DNA of 64,000 nucleotides from an uncultured Candidatus Saccharibacteria bacterium (lineage in GTDB: Bacteria; Patescibacteriota; Minisyncoccia; Phycocordibacterales; G965230995). Made by a program: the position numbers and the translations under genes. Positions within the stretch are counted from its first letter, which is position 1. Each line of letters starts with the position of its first letter. The stretch spans positions 592,213 through 656,212 of the forward strand of contig OZ246398.1 of NCBI GenBank assembly GCA_965230995.1. The letters are read 5' to 3'. Shown piece by piece: positions 1 to 8,529 of this stretch. Below the pieces are notes generated by a model. That model made no database searches. It was given only the letters and a program-made list of their open reading frames with translations, and was not told where the DNA came from.

Positions 1-2
1 AG

Positions 3-1535
3 ACTGATGGTGTTATAAGAAAAGAAAGCCAAATTAAACATAACGTGGATGTACACGAAAGATGTGGTACGCCTGTAGAATTTCTACCAACAACACAATG
101 GTTTGTTAAGATCCTTGATATGAAGGAAAGAATGTTAGAGGCAGGTAATAAAATAAATTGGCATCCAGAACATATGAAAAAGAGATATGAAGACTGGATA
201 AACGGTCTTAAATGGGATTGGTGTATATCAAGGGAACGTTTTTATGGAATACCAATACCAGTATTTAACTGTGATAAATGTGACCATATTATGGTTCCTA
301 GCATAGATGAGATGCCAATTGACCCCAAAAAAGAAAAAGATTTACAAGTGTGTCCGACTTGTAAAATTGGTAATATGATACCGGAAAAAAGTGTCTTAGA
401 TACATGGTTTACTTCCGCACTATCCACAGAAATTAATAATAGCCACCCTCTTAATGGAAAATTAAATGGTGAGATGTTTCCTATGTCTATGAGACCACAA
501 GCACATGACATTATTAGGACATGGGCTGTTTACTCTATTTTGATGTCTTTATATAAACATAATAATATTCCATGGGAGAATCTTATGATCTCAGGACATA
601 TATTAGTCCAAAAAGGAGAAAAAATTAGTAAAAAGACAGGTGGTGGAAAATACAAACCAGAAGATTTGATTAATCAAAAATCGGCTGATGCAATAAGGTA
701 TGCTATGTCAGGATCTTCTCTCGGGAAAGACACATATTTTGATGAAAAAGAAGTAGAAAAAGGCAAGAAATTAGTAACAAAACTTTACAATGCAGGTAAA
801 TTGATCCTAATCAAATTAAAAGGTTTCGACTCTAAAATAGAATTAAGAAATACCAATCTAGAAGCAATTGACCAGTGGATATTAAACAGATCGGTTGAGA
901 CTGCCCAAAAAATGGCAGTTGCCCTTGAGAAATATGAATATTCTCAAGCCCGTCAAATATTTGAGGATTTTTTCTGGAGAGAGTTTTGTGATAATTATTT
1001 AGAGATAGTAAAGAAGAGATTATCTATTGAATCAGTAGATGATAAATTAAAGATTTCAGCTCAATACGCATGCTACCATAGTTTCCTCAATATTCTAAAA
1101 ATGGCATCTCCTTTTATTCCTCACATAACAGAGGAGATGTTCCATGCAGATATTGTAACCAAAAAAGAAGGTGATAATACCGTAGAATCGGTCAATTCAA
1201 ATAGTAGTTCTGGTTATTTTAGCACATACGAAGGTATAAAAAGTATTCATAATACTTTATGGCCTTCTGTTAAAATAGAATATACTAATGATAAAAATGG
1301 AGAGAACGCAGATTTTGTCTTATCTGTTATCTCCGAAATAAGAAAATATAAGACTGATAATAAAATAAAATTAGGTACACCTGTCTCTGTTCTAAAAATA
1401 AGATGTTCAGAATTACAGAAAACGATGCTAAACGATTTTTTGAATGACATTGCTTCGTTATCTAGAGCAGAAAAAATTGAAATTGAAGTTGATAATTCAG
1501 ATAGTAATCAAATAGGTATTGAAATTACTTTATAG
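3..1535 (+). CDS. valS: Valyl-tRNA synthetase, C-terminal part (5' end outside window); short archaeal-like form
   Basis: Frame is open back to the window edge. Motifs DWCISRER, VLDTWFTSA, RPQAHDIIRTW, KISKK (KMSKS-equivalent), ADAIRY, FCDNYLE, PFIPHITEE. Confidence 0.93.
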   Translation, partial: TDGVIRKESQIKHNVDVHERCGTPVEFLPTTQWFVKILDMKERMLEAGNKINWHPEHMKKRYEDWINGLKWDWCISRERFYGIPIPVFNCDKCDHIMVPSIDEMPIDPKKEKDLQVCPTCKIGNMIPEKSVLDTWFTSALSTEINNSHPLNGKLNGEMFPMSMRPQAHDIIRTWAVYSILMSLYKHNNIPWENLMISGHILVQKGEKISKKTGGGKYKPEDLINQKSADAIRYAMSGSSLGKDTYFDEKEVEKGKKLVTKLYNAGKLILIKLKGFDSKIELRNTNLEAIDQWILNRSVETAQKMAVALEKYEYSQARQIFEDFFWREFCDNYLEIVKKRLSIESVDDKLKISAQYACYHSFLNILKMASPFIPHITEEMFHADIVTKKEGDNTVESVNSNSSSGYFSTYEGIKSIHNTLWPSVKIEYTNDKNGENADFVLSVISEIRKYKTDNKIKLGTPVSVLKIRCSELQKTMLNDFLNDIASLSRAEKIEIEVDNSDSNQIGIEITL

Positions 1536-1555
1536 CCTTAAATCATCAAAAATCA

Positions 1556-1585
1556 TTGACAAAATGATATTTTTCGTGCTATAAT
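1556..1585 (+). promoter_or_regulatory. Sigma70-type promoter of the 1632 ORF
   Basis: TTGACA (1556-1561), 18 nt, TGcTATAAT (-10 at 1580-1585); GGAGGT Shine-Dalgarno before ATG 1632. Confidence 0.75.
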
Positions 1586-1631
1586 ATAAAAGGAAACTAA
1601 ACAGAGCAAGCAAACCTACGGAGGTGGTCAA

Positions 1632-2207
1632 ATGGACCTGACAATTTTGCTTGGTGTAATTGTGGGTGTTGTACACCTTGCTGGGTACTGGTTCTACCAC
1701 AAAGCTCAAAGGAAATCAGGAATCAAACCTGACCAATCGAGCTGGCTGATGTGGGCGGGAGGGAGTATTCTCAATCTGATCTCGTACTCAAAGATGAGTG
1801 GGGATTGGGTGAAGGACATTCTTCCTGCTGTCTGTGCCTTTGCGTGTATCATTTTGTTTGCTGAGCAGTGCTATCTGTTTGGCTTCAAAAAGATACCGCT
1901 CAAGGACATTCCGAGCTTCCTATGTGACCTAGGTGCAACTATGGTCTGGTACATTGCAGGTTCACCGCTCGTCGGTAACATTGCTTATCAGATTGCTACG
2001 GTTGCAACATTTGTACCTATCATTAGGGAGACAAGACGTGAGCCGATGTGCGAGGATCGATTGCCATGGATGACATGGTCAATCGCCTACGGTCTTGATG
2101 TGGTTCTGGTCATAACACGATGGAATCAGTGGGGTGATGTCGTTTATCCGCTGGTCTGTCTCGTGTTGCATATTCTAATGGCTGTCTCTGCAAAAAAAAA
2201 GCAGTAA
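1632..2207 (+). CDS. Multi-pass membrane protein with two internal repeats (PQ-loop-like), function unknown
   Basis: About 6-7 hydrophobic segments; repeats KPDQSSWLMW / EDRLPWMTW; own promoter, SD and terminator; GC-richer than neighbours. Confidence 0.7.
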   Translation: MDLTILLGVIVGVVHLAGYWFYHKAQRKSGIKPDQSSWLMWAGGSILNLISYSKMSGDWVKDILPAVCAFACIILFAEQCYLFGFKKIPLKDIPSFLCDLGATMVWYIAGSPLVGNIAYQIATVATFVPIIRETRREPMCEDRLPWMTWSIAYGLDVVLVITRWNQWGDVVYPLVCLVLHILMAVSAKKKQ

Positions 2208-2219
2208 CAGAGTTGATGC

Positions 2220-2259
2220 CGGCACGCCCTTGAGAAAGGTGTGCCGTTGTTGTTTTTTT
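2220..2259 (+). terminator. Intrinsic terminator
   Basis: CGGCACGCC-loop-GGTGTGCCG followed by a T-rich tract. Confidence 0.7.
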
Positions 2260-2294
2260 CATCATATCGTTTATAATTTATATACATAACTATC

Positions 2295-2813
2295 ATGCCT
2301 GAAAATTCAGAAAAAGAAACACATATTTATTCAGCTAAAAGTAATATAGCTGGAAAGGGATTATTTACTTCAAAATTTATTAAAAAAAATGAACTTGCTT
2401 TTGTTATGCAAGGACCAATTATTAATTACCACCCAATAAACAAAGAGGAGGCTTGCCAATTACCAAACATTGTTGGTATTGAGAAGGATAAATATATTGA
2501 CCCAATTGAACCGTATGTTTACATTAATCACTCTTGTGAACCAAACCTTGCATATATCGTTGTAGATAAAAAACCACATTTTTATGCTCTTAGAGATATA
2601 GATTTAGGAGAAGAACTTACCTTTGATTACTCTATTTCAGAATATTCAGATTGGGAAATGACATGTAGTTGTGGATCAAAAAAGTGTAGGAAGGTTATTA
2701 AATCTGTAGAAAAGCTTCCTGTCGATTTTTTTGAACAATATTTTCCTTTTATTCCAGAATTTTTTCAAAAGGTCTTTTTTAATAACTATATAAACGCAAA
2801 AGATGAAAAATAA
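2295..2813 (+). CDS. SET-domain protein-lysine methyltransferase (paralog 1) with post-SET zinc motif
   Basis: SNIAGKGLF, YINHSCEPN, ALRDIDLGEELTFDY, CSCGSKKC. Confidence 0.92.
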   Translation: MPENSEKETHIYSAKSNIAGKGLFTSKFIKKNELAFVMQGPIINYHPINKEEACQLPNIVGIEKDKYIDPIEPYVYINHSCEPNLAYIVVDKKPHFYALRDIDLGEELTFDYSISEYSDWEMTCSCGSKKCRKVIKSVEKLPVDFFEQYFPFIPEFFQKVFFNNYINAKDEK

Positions 2814-3138
2814 CAAGTGGTTAAAATATACAATCGTCCTCGCGATATTTTTATTGGTATTTTGTCTTTCTTATTATTATCTTTCTCTCAAGAAAGATTT
2901 TTTTGTAATAATGAACGTCCCATGTGAGCAAGGTGATCCAGACGGTAATTGTTTTGTAAATGAAGATGATAACGGAGAAATTTTTCATTATAAGTTATTA
3001 AAAATAAAAGCAAGTGACATGCCAACATGCTCAGGATCTGAATGTGAATTTCCAAAGTGTGATAATGAGACTGCTGACTGTAGTTATGAATATTGTGAAG
3101 CTGGTAATGAGGATGGCTATATTTGCCTAGAAAAATAA
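2803..3138 (+). CDS. Small membrane-anchored, Cys-rich acidic exported protein
   Basis: N-terminal TM helix, then 8 Cys in an acidic ~75-aa domain; overlaps the upstream SET gene and ends 1 nt before the next SET gene. Confidence 0.75.
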   Translation: MKNNKWLKYTIVLAIFLLVFCLSYYYLSLKKDFFVIMNVPCEQGDPDGNCFVNEDDNGEIFHYKLLKIKASDMPTCSGSECEFPKCDNETADCSYEYCEAGNEDGYICLEK

Positions 3139-3139
3139 T

Positions 3140-3607
3140 ATGAAAAAGATTTTTTCTTCAAAAAGTAGCATAGATAAAAGCGGAATTTTTGCTGGAGAAA
3201 ATTTTAAAAAAGGGGAATTTGTAGTAAAATTAACTGGAAAATATATTAAATGGAAGTATAATGAAAAGACAGACAGACAAAAATGCGCTAACTGGTTCGG
3301 AATAAAAAAAGACCATTGGATTGATCCAGACTTTCCATTGTCACAGATTAATCATTCATGTGATCCGAACATCGGAATTAAAGGTAGAATTATGTTCTAT
3401 GCTTTGCGCGATATAGGAAAAGGAGAAGAACTAACTTTTGACTATTCTACAGCTGAGGAGGAATCGGATTGGCAGATGAAGTGTAAATGTAAGTCAAAAA
3501 AATGTAGGAAGTTTGTTACCTCAATAATGTTTCTGCCTGATAAGGTTTTTAGATCATATTTACCATTTATACCAACATATTTTAAAAAATTGTATTTTAA
3601 AAAGTAA
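3140..3607 (+). CDS. SET-domain protein-lysine methyltransferase (paralog 2) with post-SET zinc motif
   Basis: SIDKSGIF, QINHSCDPN, ALRDIGKGEELTFDY, CKCKSKKC. Confidence 0.92.
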   Translation: MKKIFSSKSSIDKSGIFAGENFKKGEFVVKLTGKYIKWKYNEKTDRQKCANWFGIKKDHWIDPDFPLSQINHSCDPNIGIKGRIMFYALRDIGKGEELTFDYSTAEEESDWQMKCKCKSKKCRKFVTSIMFLPDKVFRSYLPFIPTYFKKLYFKK

Positions 3608-3616
3608 ATAACAAAA

Positions 3617-5281
3617 ATGTTTGATTACCTTTCGTGCAATTGGGACAAAGCAAAGTACATGTTTTTTTCTGATAATGTATATGATCCATTAATCTATTAC
3701 TCTCACATTCTTCCGCTTGTTGTTTCGCTCCTTCTTGCTTTTTTTGTTTTTATAAATAACAGAAAAAGTAAAATTAATTTGTCTTTTTTTGTACTAAATA
3801 TATGTTTTTCAATTTGGGTTGGTTTTGATCTAATATTGTGGTCATCAGAAAAACCCGATTTAATAATGTTCTTTTGGTCAATAATTGTTCCAATAGAGTT
3901 ACTAGTCTTTACATTTTCAGTTATATTTAGTCAGGAATTTTTTAATCTAAAATTATTCAAGAAGGTTAATAAATATCTGATTCCGATATTATTTATCCCT
4001 ATATTATTATTTACTCATACTAAATTTAACCTTGTTGCATTTGATTACACGAATTGTGACAGAGGCGCAATAGAAGGTGTGTTAATTACCTATCTTTATG
4101 CTGTAGAAATTTTAATGTTTGTTATGTTGATTATTGATTTTGTATACACATCGTTTCGTAAAAATAATTTTATCGAAAAACGTGTTCATTTTATAGCATC
4201 ATTAGGAATTCTTATATTTTTAGGAATATTTATCGTCGGTAATCTGTCTCTTTTGAGTGACATGGACTGGAGATATGAACAATATAAATTGTTTGGAATG
4301 CCTATATTTCTTGCTGTGATATCTTTTCTTATTGTAAGGTTCAAAGCCTTTAACGTTAAATTGCTTGGTGCACAAGCGCTCGTTGTTGCTCTTGTAATAT
4401 TGATTGGTTCACAATTTTTGTTCATTAGAACAAACATAAATCGTGTACTTACTTCAGTTGCTCTTGTATTTACTGGCGCAATCGGCATAAGCCTCATTCG
4501 TTCTGTTAAAAAAGAAGTAAAGGCACGTGAAGAAATTGAAAAAAGAGAAAAACAGCTGGAGATTGTTAACAAACAGCTCGAAATTGCAAACGAAGGACAA
4601 TCGAATCTTCTTCACTTCATTACTCATCAGGTCAAGGGATATTTTACAAAGAGCCGAAACGTTTTTGCTGAATTAAAAACTGGCGAATACGGAAAGCTAC
4701 CAGATCAGGCAGAGACGATGATTTTTGAAGGCTTTCGTTCTGCGACCGAAGGTGTTGACCTTGTTCAAAATGTTCTAAACGCTGCAAATATTGATAGGGG
4801 AACAATGAAATACAACAAAGAAGATGTGGATTTGAAATCTATTTTAAGGGATGTCATTAGACAAAAAGAAACTTCTGCAACAGAAAAAGGTCTTTCAATT
4901 AAAACAAATATAGGCGATGGGAATTTCAACATTCACGGTGACTCTCTTCAGCTAAAAGAAGTTATGAAGAATTTAATTGAAAACGCAATCAGATATACTC
5001 TAAAGGGTGGTTTGGAAGTTAACTTGAGCATAAACGATCATATGATTTTGTTTTATGTAAAAGACACTGGTGTTGGTGTGTCTGCAGAAGATATGCCAAA
5101 GCTATTTAAAAAAGGTGGACACGGAACTGATTCAACGAAAATCAATCCAGAAAGTACCGGATACGGTCTATATATCGTAAAAGAAATTGTCGAAAAAGCC
5201 CACGGCGGTCGCGTCTGGGTAGAATCCGAAGGAAAAGGCAAGGGTTCAACATTCTTTGTGCAATTGCCAACAGGGAAATAA
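3617..5281 (+). CDS. Sensor histidine kinase with multi-TM (HisKA_7TM-like) input domain
   Basis: At least 7 TM segments; H-box FITHQVKG, N-box NLIENAIRY, G1 DTGVG, G2 STGYGL, GKGSTF. Confidence 0.9.
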   Translation: MFDYLSCNWDKAKYMFFSDNVYDPLIYYSHILPLVVSLLLAFFVFINNRKSKINLSFFVLNICFSIWVGFDLILWSSEKPDLIMFFWSIIVPIELLVFTFSVIFSQEFFNLKLFKKVNKYLIPILFIPILLFTHTKFNLVAFDYTNCDRGAIEGVLITYLYAVEILMFVMLIIDFVYTSFRKNNFIEKRVHFIASLGILIFLGIFIVGNLSLLSDMDWRYEQYKLFGMPIFLAVISFLIVRFKAFNVKLLGAQALVVALVILIGSQFLFIRTNINRVLTSVALVFTGAIGISLIRSVKKEVKAREEIEKREKQLEIVNKQLEIANEGQSNLLHFITHQVKGYFTKSRNVFAELKTGEYGKLPDQAETMIFEGFRSATEGVDLVQNVLNAANIDRGTMKYNKEDVDLKSILRDVIRQKETSATEKGLSIKTNIGDGNFNIHGDSLQLKEVMKNLIENAIRYTLKGGLEVNLSINDHMILFYVKDTGVGVSAEDMPKLFKKGGHGTDSTKINPESTGYGLYIVKEIVEKAHGGRVWVESEGKGKGSTFFVQLPTGK

Positions 5282-5320
5282 AATAGTGAGGAATTTAATC
5301 TTACGTATATGCAATCATTT

Positions 5321-5385
5321 TTGCTACAAAATATTATTAAATATATAATATAGTAGGCAAGGCTCGTTCGGTGAAAGGAGGTGAT
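5321..5385 (+). promoter_or_regulatory. Promoter and strong SD for peptide 1
   Basis: TTGCTA (5321-5326), 17 nt, TATAAT (5344-5349); AAAGGAGGTGAT just upstream of ATG 5390. Confidence 0.7.
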
Positions 5386-5389
5386 CTAG

Positions 5390-5515
5390 ATGGGAAACAA
5401 AACTGGCAATCGCGGAACGCCAGTTCCAGGCACTGGGTCGAAATCGACTAAGAACGTCAACAAGTCGAGCGGCTCCAAACAGTCTGGTACTTCCAGCAAG
5501 TCGGTAAGGAAGTAA
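5390..5515 (+). CDS. Unannotated 41-aa basic Lys/Ser/Gly-rich peptide MGNKTGNRGTPVPGTGSKSTKNVNKSSGSKQSGTSSKSVRK
   Basis: Translated by hand (below the ORF-track cutoff). Full-length SD, own promoter and downstream hairpin; shares RGxPVxGTG with the 8295 peptide. Confidence 0.75.
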   Translation: MGNKTGNRGTPVPGTGSKSTKNVNKSSGSKQSGTSSKSVRK

Positions 5516-5558
5516 CATCCCTTGTCAGAGCCGACATACTCCAAGTCTAACCCTTGCT

Positions 5559-5587
5559 CTGGTGGCACCTTGCCACCAGTCTCTTTA
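5559..5587 (+). terminator. Hairpin (terminator/attenuator-like) between peptide 1 and the M16 peptidase
   Basis: CTGGTGGCA-CCT-TGCCACCAG followed by TCTCTTT. Confidence 0.55.
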
Positions 5588-5596
5588 ATATCAAAC

Positions 5597-6856
5597 ATGA
5601 ATAACGAAGATAGACAATCTTTTAGTCAGACAAAACTAGAGAACGGTATCTCTATCTATTCTCATAGAATGGACATGCCGTTTTTTGAGTTGAGAATTAT
5701 AATCCAAGTTGGTAATGTTCATTCACATTCTAAAAATAAATATGGAGAAAATGGTATTGTACATCTGCTCGAACATTTGGTATTTAATAAATCTAAAAAA
5801 TATCCAGAAAAACACTCGTTTGAAAAAAAATTAGCTCAATATGCGGGCACCTTTAATGCAACTACATATGCTTGGCAAACAGAATTTATAATATACGGAC
5901 CAACAATTTATTTTAACGAACTTGTAGGTGGAGTAATAGACCATATTTTTTTTCCTGTGTTTGACAACGATGATATTCGTCACGAGTCAAAAATAATTTC
6001 AAATGAAAGGAATGAGAGAAAATATTATCCAGGACAAAATAGCATGTCTAAGTATATGTTTACGGAATGGATTAATGACGAATCATACAGCAAAAATCAA
6101 TTATTTGGTTCTGACGAGAATCTCTCTGAAATTGATTCAAGGCAATTATCATCATTTCACAATGAACACTATCTCCAAGATAATACAGAGATAATAATTG
6201 GTGGAAATTTTAATATAGATTTTTTAATTAATCAGCTTCAAAATATTGGAACAAAAAAATCTAATCTTGTAGCAAATTGCAGTCCGACAAAATGGAAGAA
6301 AAAAGAATTTCATACTCATACAGATAAGGATACTGACATGCCACTTTGGGTTATTGGTGGAATTATTGAAAAAAGTAGTCCAAGTGAAAGAGTTTGTTTT
6401 GATGTACTACATAACTATTTAACAAACGAAAAGCACGGCCCAATTTATGATTGGCTTAGAAAAGAAAAAGGTTGGATCTATGGTATGGATTTTGGTTCAA
6501 ATTTTGATGCCAAAAGATTTCTTTGGCACGCAACGATACCTTTTGCTAATCAAAATGACATAGTCATAGCAAGAAAAGATTTTGATAATAAAATTATTGA
6601 TGCAATTTGTGATCAAAACAGAATTGAGATTGAAATCAACAGGCAACTAGCAGAAAGGGTTTTCTTTTATCAGACATTGGGTAGTCGCATGGACACAGCA
6701 TCATATTCTTTGTTTGCAAATAAAAAAATTATTACTGAGTCTGAGTATGTATCTTATATCGAAAGTTGTAGATCAAAAAAAATTTTACTTGATATTTATA
6801 AAAAGTACTTATCACCAGAAGTTAGGAGTGATTTTATCACTATTTCAGAAAAATAA
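5597..6856 (+). CDS. M16 (insulinase/pitrilysin) family zinc peptidase
   Basis: Inverted zinc motif GIVHLLEHLVF, FNATT, IISNE, C-terminal LRKEKGWIYG. Start moved to ATG 5597 (MNNEDRQ). Confidence 0.88.
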   Translation: MNNEDRQSFSQTKLENGISIYSHRMDMPFFELRIIIQVGNVHSHSKNKYGENGIVHLLEHLVFNKSKKYPEKHSFEKKLAQYAGTFNATTYAWQTEFIIYGPTIYFNELVGGVIDHIFFPVFDNDDIRHESKIISNERNERKYYPGQNSMSKYMFTEWINDESYSKNQLFGSDENLSEIDSRQLSSFHNEHYLQDNTEIIIGGNFNIDFLINQLQNIGTKKSNLVANCSPTKWKKKEFHTHTDKDTDMPLWVIGGIIEKSSPSERVCFDVLHNYLTNEKHGPIYDWLRKEKGWIYGMDFGSNFDAKRFLWHATIPFANQNDIVIARKDFDNKIIDAICDQNRIEIEINRQLAERVFFYQTLGSRMDTASYSLFANKKIITESEYVSYIESCRSKKILLDIYKKYLSPEVRSDFITISEK

Positions 6857-6904
6857 TCCATGTGGATAACCGAGGGGAAATGGGTGTGGTAGAATTCCTC
6901 GGGT

Positions 6905-7768
6905 ATGGAAACAAATATTTTTGGATATTTAGCAGTACTGGCTTTCGTAATGGTAGCAAGTGGCGCATTTTTTAAAAGAAAGATCGTTAGGCTCGAAAAA
7001 GAAGTTCACAATAAAGAAAAAGAATTGGAGTTGGCTTTGGTCAGAGTGAGGGAAGTTGATCAATTAAAAGACGACATTGTTTCTCTTGCGGCACATCAAA
7101 TCAGATCACCGCTTGTCGCCATTAGAGGCTACGCTTCAATGATAGCCGAGGGTGATTTTGGAAATGTTGAAATGAATGTTCAAGACGCAATTCAGAGAAT
7201 TTCTGATTCGAGCAAGAATTTGATGAACATAGCAAATGAATTTCTCGATATTTCTCATATAGAAGAGGGGAGAATAAAATACAATCTAAAAGAATTTGAT
7301 TTAAAGCATACTCTAACTAGAATCTGCGAAAAATATGAAAAGAGGATAAAAGAAAAAGGTCTTGATTTTAGTTTTGATTATGAAAAAAATCTTGATTACA
7401 TGGTTTTTGCAGATAGAGAAAAAATAAAAAGAATAATACAAACAGTTGTTGAAAACGCCATTAGATATACTCGTGAAGGGAAAATAAAAGTCTCGCTATC
7501 CTCTGGTAATGGAAAAGCAATTGTTTCTGTCACTGACACTGGAATTGGTATTAGCAAAAAGGATAGCAATAGGATTTTCCATAGATTTGCAAGGACAAGT
7601 AATGCCAGCAGAATAGATACAACAGGAACTGGAATCGAGCTCTATATCGCAAAAGAGATGCTTCACGCTCAGGGCGGGCATATTTACGCCATATCAGAAG
7701 GTTCAAACAAGGGATCAACATTTGTGATTGAAATAAAGCTTGCAAGTAATATCGGTAGCCAAAAATAG
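6905..7768 (+). CDS. Short histidine kinase (single TM + HisKA + HATPase)
   Basis: AAHQIRSPL, VENAIRY, DTGIG, GTGIEL, KGSTF. Confidence 0.9.
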   Translation: METNIFGYLAVLAFVMVASGAFFKRKIVRLEKEVHNKEKELELALVRVREVDQLKDDIVSLAAHQIRSPLVAIRGYASMIAEGDFGNVEMNVQDAIQRISDSSKNLMNIANEFLDISHIEEGRIKYNLKEFDLKHTLTRICEKYEKRIKEKGLDFSFDYEKNLDYMVFADREKIKRIIQTVVENAIRYTREGKIKVSLSSGNGKAIVSVTDTGIGISKKDSNRIFHRFARTSNASRIDTTGTGIELYIAKEMLHAQGGHIYAISEGSNKGSTFVIEIKLASNIGSQK

Positions 7769-7792
7769 AGTCTTTCTGATATAATTATCCAA

Positions 7793-8233
7793 ATGAAAAA
7801 GGACTATTCGTTTGGAATCATCCCCTTCTGTAAAAAAGAAGAGGAGGCTTTATTTTTAATTGTTAAACATTTTGCGGGTCACTGGGGTTTTCCCAAGGGC
7901 CACAGAGAAGGGAACGAGACTGATATCGAAACAGCAAAAAGGGAATTTTGTGAGGAAACTGGAATATGCGAATTTCAAATAATTTCTGAAAAACCTTTTG
8001 TTACCGAGACATATAAAACACATCATCCGGTATTAAAGGATATGGAGAAAACTGTCTGCTATTACCTAGCAGAAGTTTTTAATGAAAAAGTTTGTTTACC
8101 AGAAGAAGAAATAGTTGATGCAAAATGGTGTGGTGTGTCTATTGCAGAAGAGACTTTGACGCACGAAAGGACTAGAGAAATACTACGCGATGCACACAAA
8201 CACCTTGTTGATAGCGGTGTTATTGATTTATAA
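7793..8233 (+). CDS. NUDIX hydrolase (Ap4A hydrolase-like)
   Basis: HWGFPKGH and Nudix box GNETDIETAKREFCEETGI. Confidence 0.9.
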   Translation: MKKDYSFGIIPFCKKEEEALFLIVKHFAGHWGFPKGHREGNETDIETAKREFCEETGICEFQIISEKPFVTETYKTHHPVLKDMEKTVCYYLAEVFNEKVCLPEEEIVDAKWCGVSIAEETLTHERTREILRDAHKHLVDSGVIDL

Positions 8234-8288
8234 TTTATTTGTGGTATATTAAAAAAGGAGTCGACAACAACCAACCCGGAAAGGAGGT
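8223..8288 (+). promoter_or_regulatory. Promoter and strong SD for peptide 2
   Basis: TTGATT (8223-8228), 16 nt, extended -10 TGgTATATT (8242-8250); AAAGGAGGT 6 nt before ATG 8295. Confidence 0.65.
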
Positions 8289-8294
8289 AAGAAA

Positions 8295-8444
8295 ATGTCG
8301 AACGTAAAAAGTTCTAATGGCAGGGGTAAACCTGTCGCCGGCACGGGAAGATGTAAACCATCAACCCACGGCAAGAAAAGATACTGGCGAGACCACTGTG
8401 GCCCTTACAAGCCCAGAGCTCCCAAGCATAATCATAATGCTTGA
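8295..8444 (+). CDS. Unannotated 49-aa basic peptide MSNVKSSNGRGKPVAGTGRCKPSTHGKKRYWRDHCGPYKPRAPKHNHNA
   Basis: Translated by hand. Strong SD and promoter; shares RGxPVxGTG with the 5390 peptide; hairpin GGCGCCGT-TTCC-ACGGCGCC at 8500-8519 downstream. Confidence 0.72.
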   Translation: MSNVKSSNGRGKPVAGTGRCKPSTHGKKRYWRDHCGPYKPRAPKHNHNA

Positions 8445-8529
8445 TATTTGTGCTTATAATGATTGAGTAAGATTTACATCATCATTTCAACATCAACCCG
8501 GCGCCGTTTCCACGGCGCCACAACCATAT

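Noticed and set aside
5522-5596. TTG-initiated N-terminal extension of the M16 ORF, and the minus-strand ORFs 5324-5518 and 5386-5598
   Set aside because: The extension runs through the hairpin after peptide 1. The minus ORFs are shadows of the SD-led peptide and lack initiation signals.
6861-6869. DnaA-box sequences (also 39860-39868 and 45202-45210) as a possible oriC
   Set aside because: They are isolated single boxes in short promoter regions, with no cluster and no dnaA/dnaN nearby; gene orientation suggests a terminus instead.
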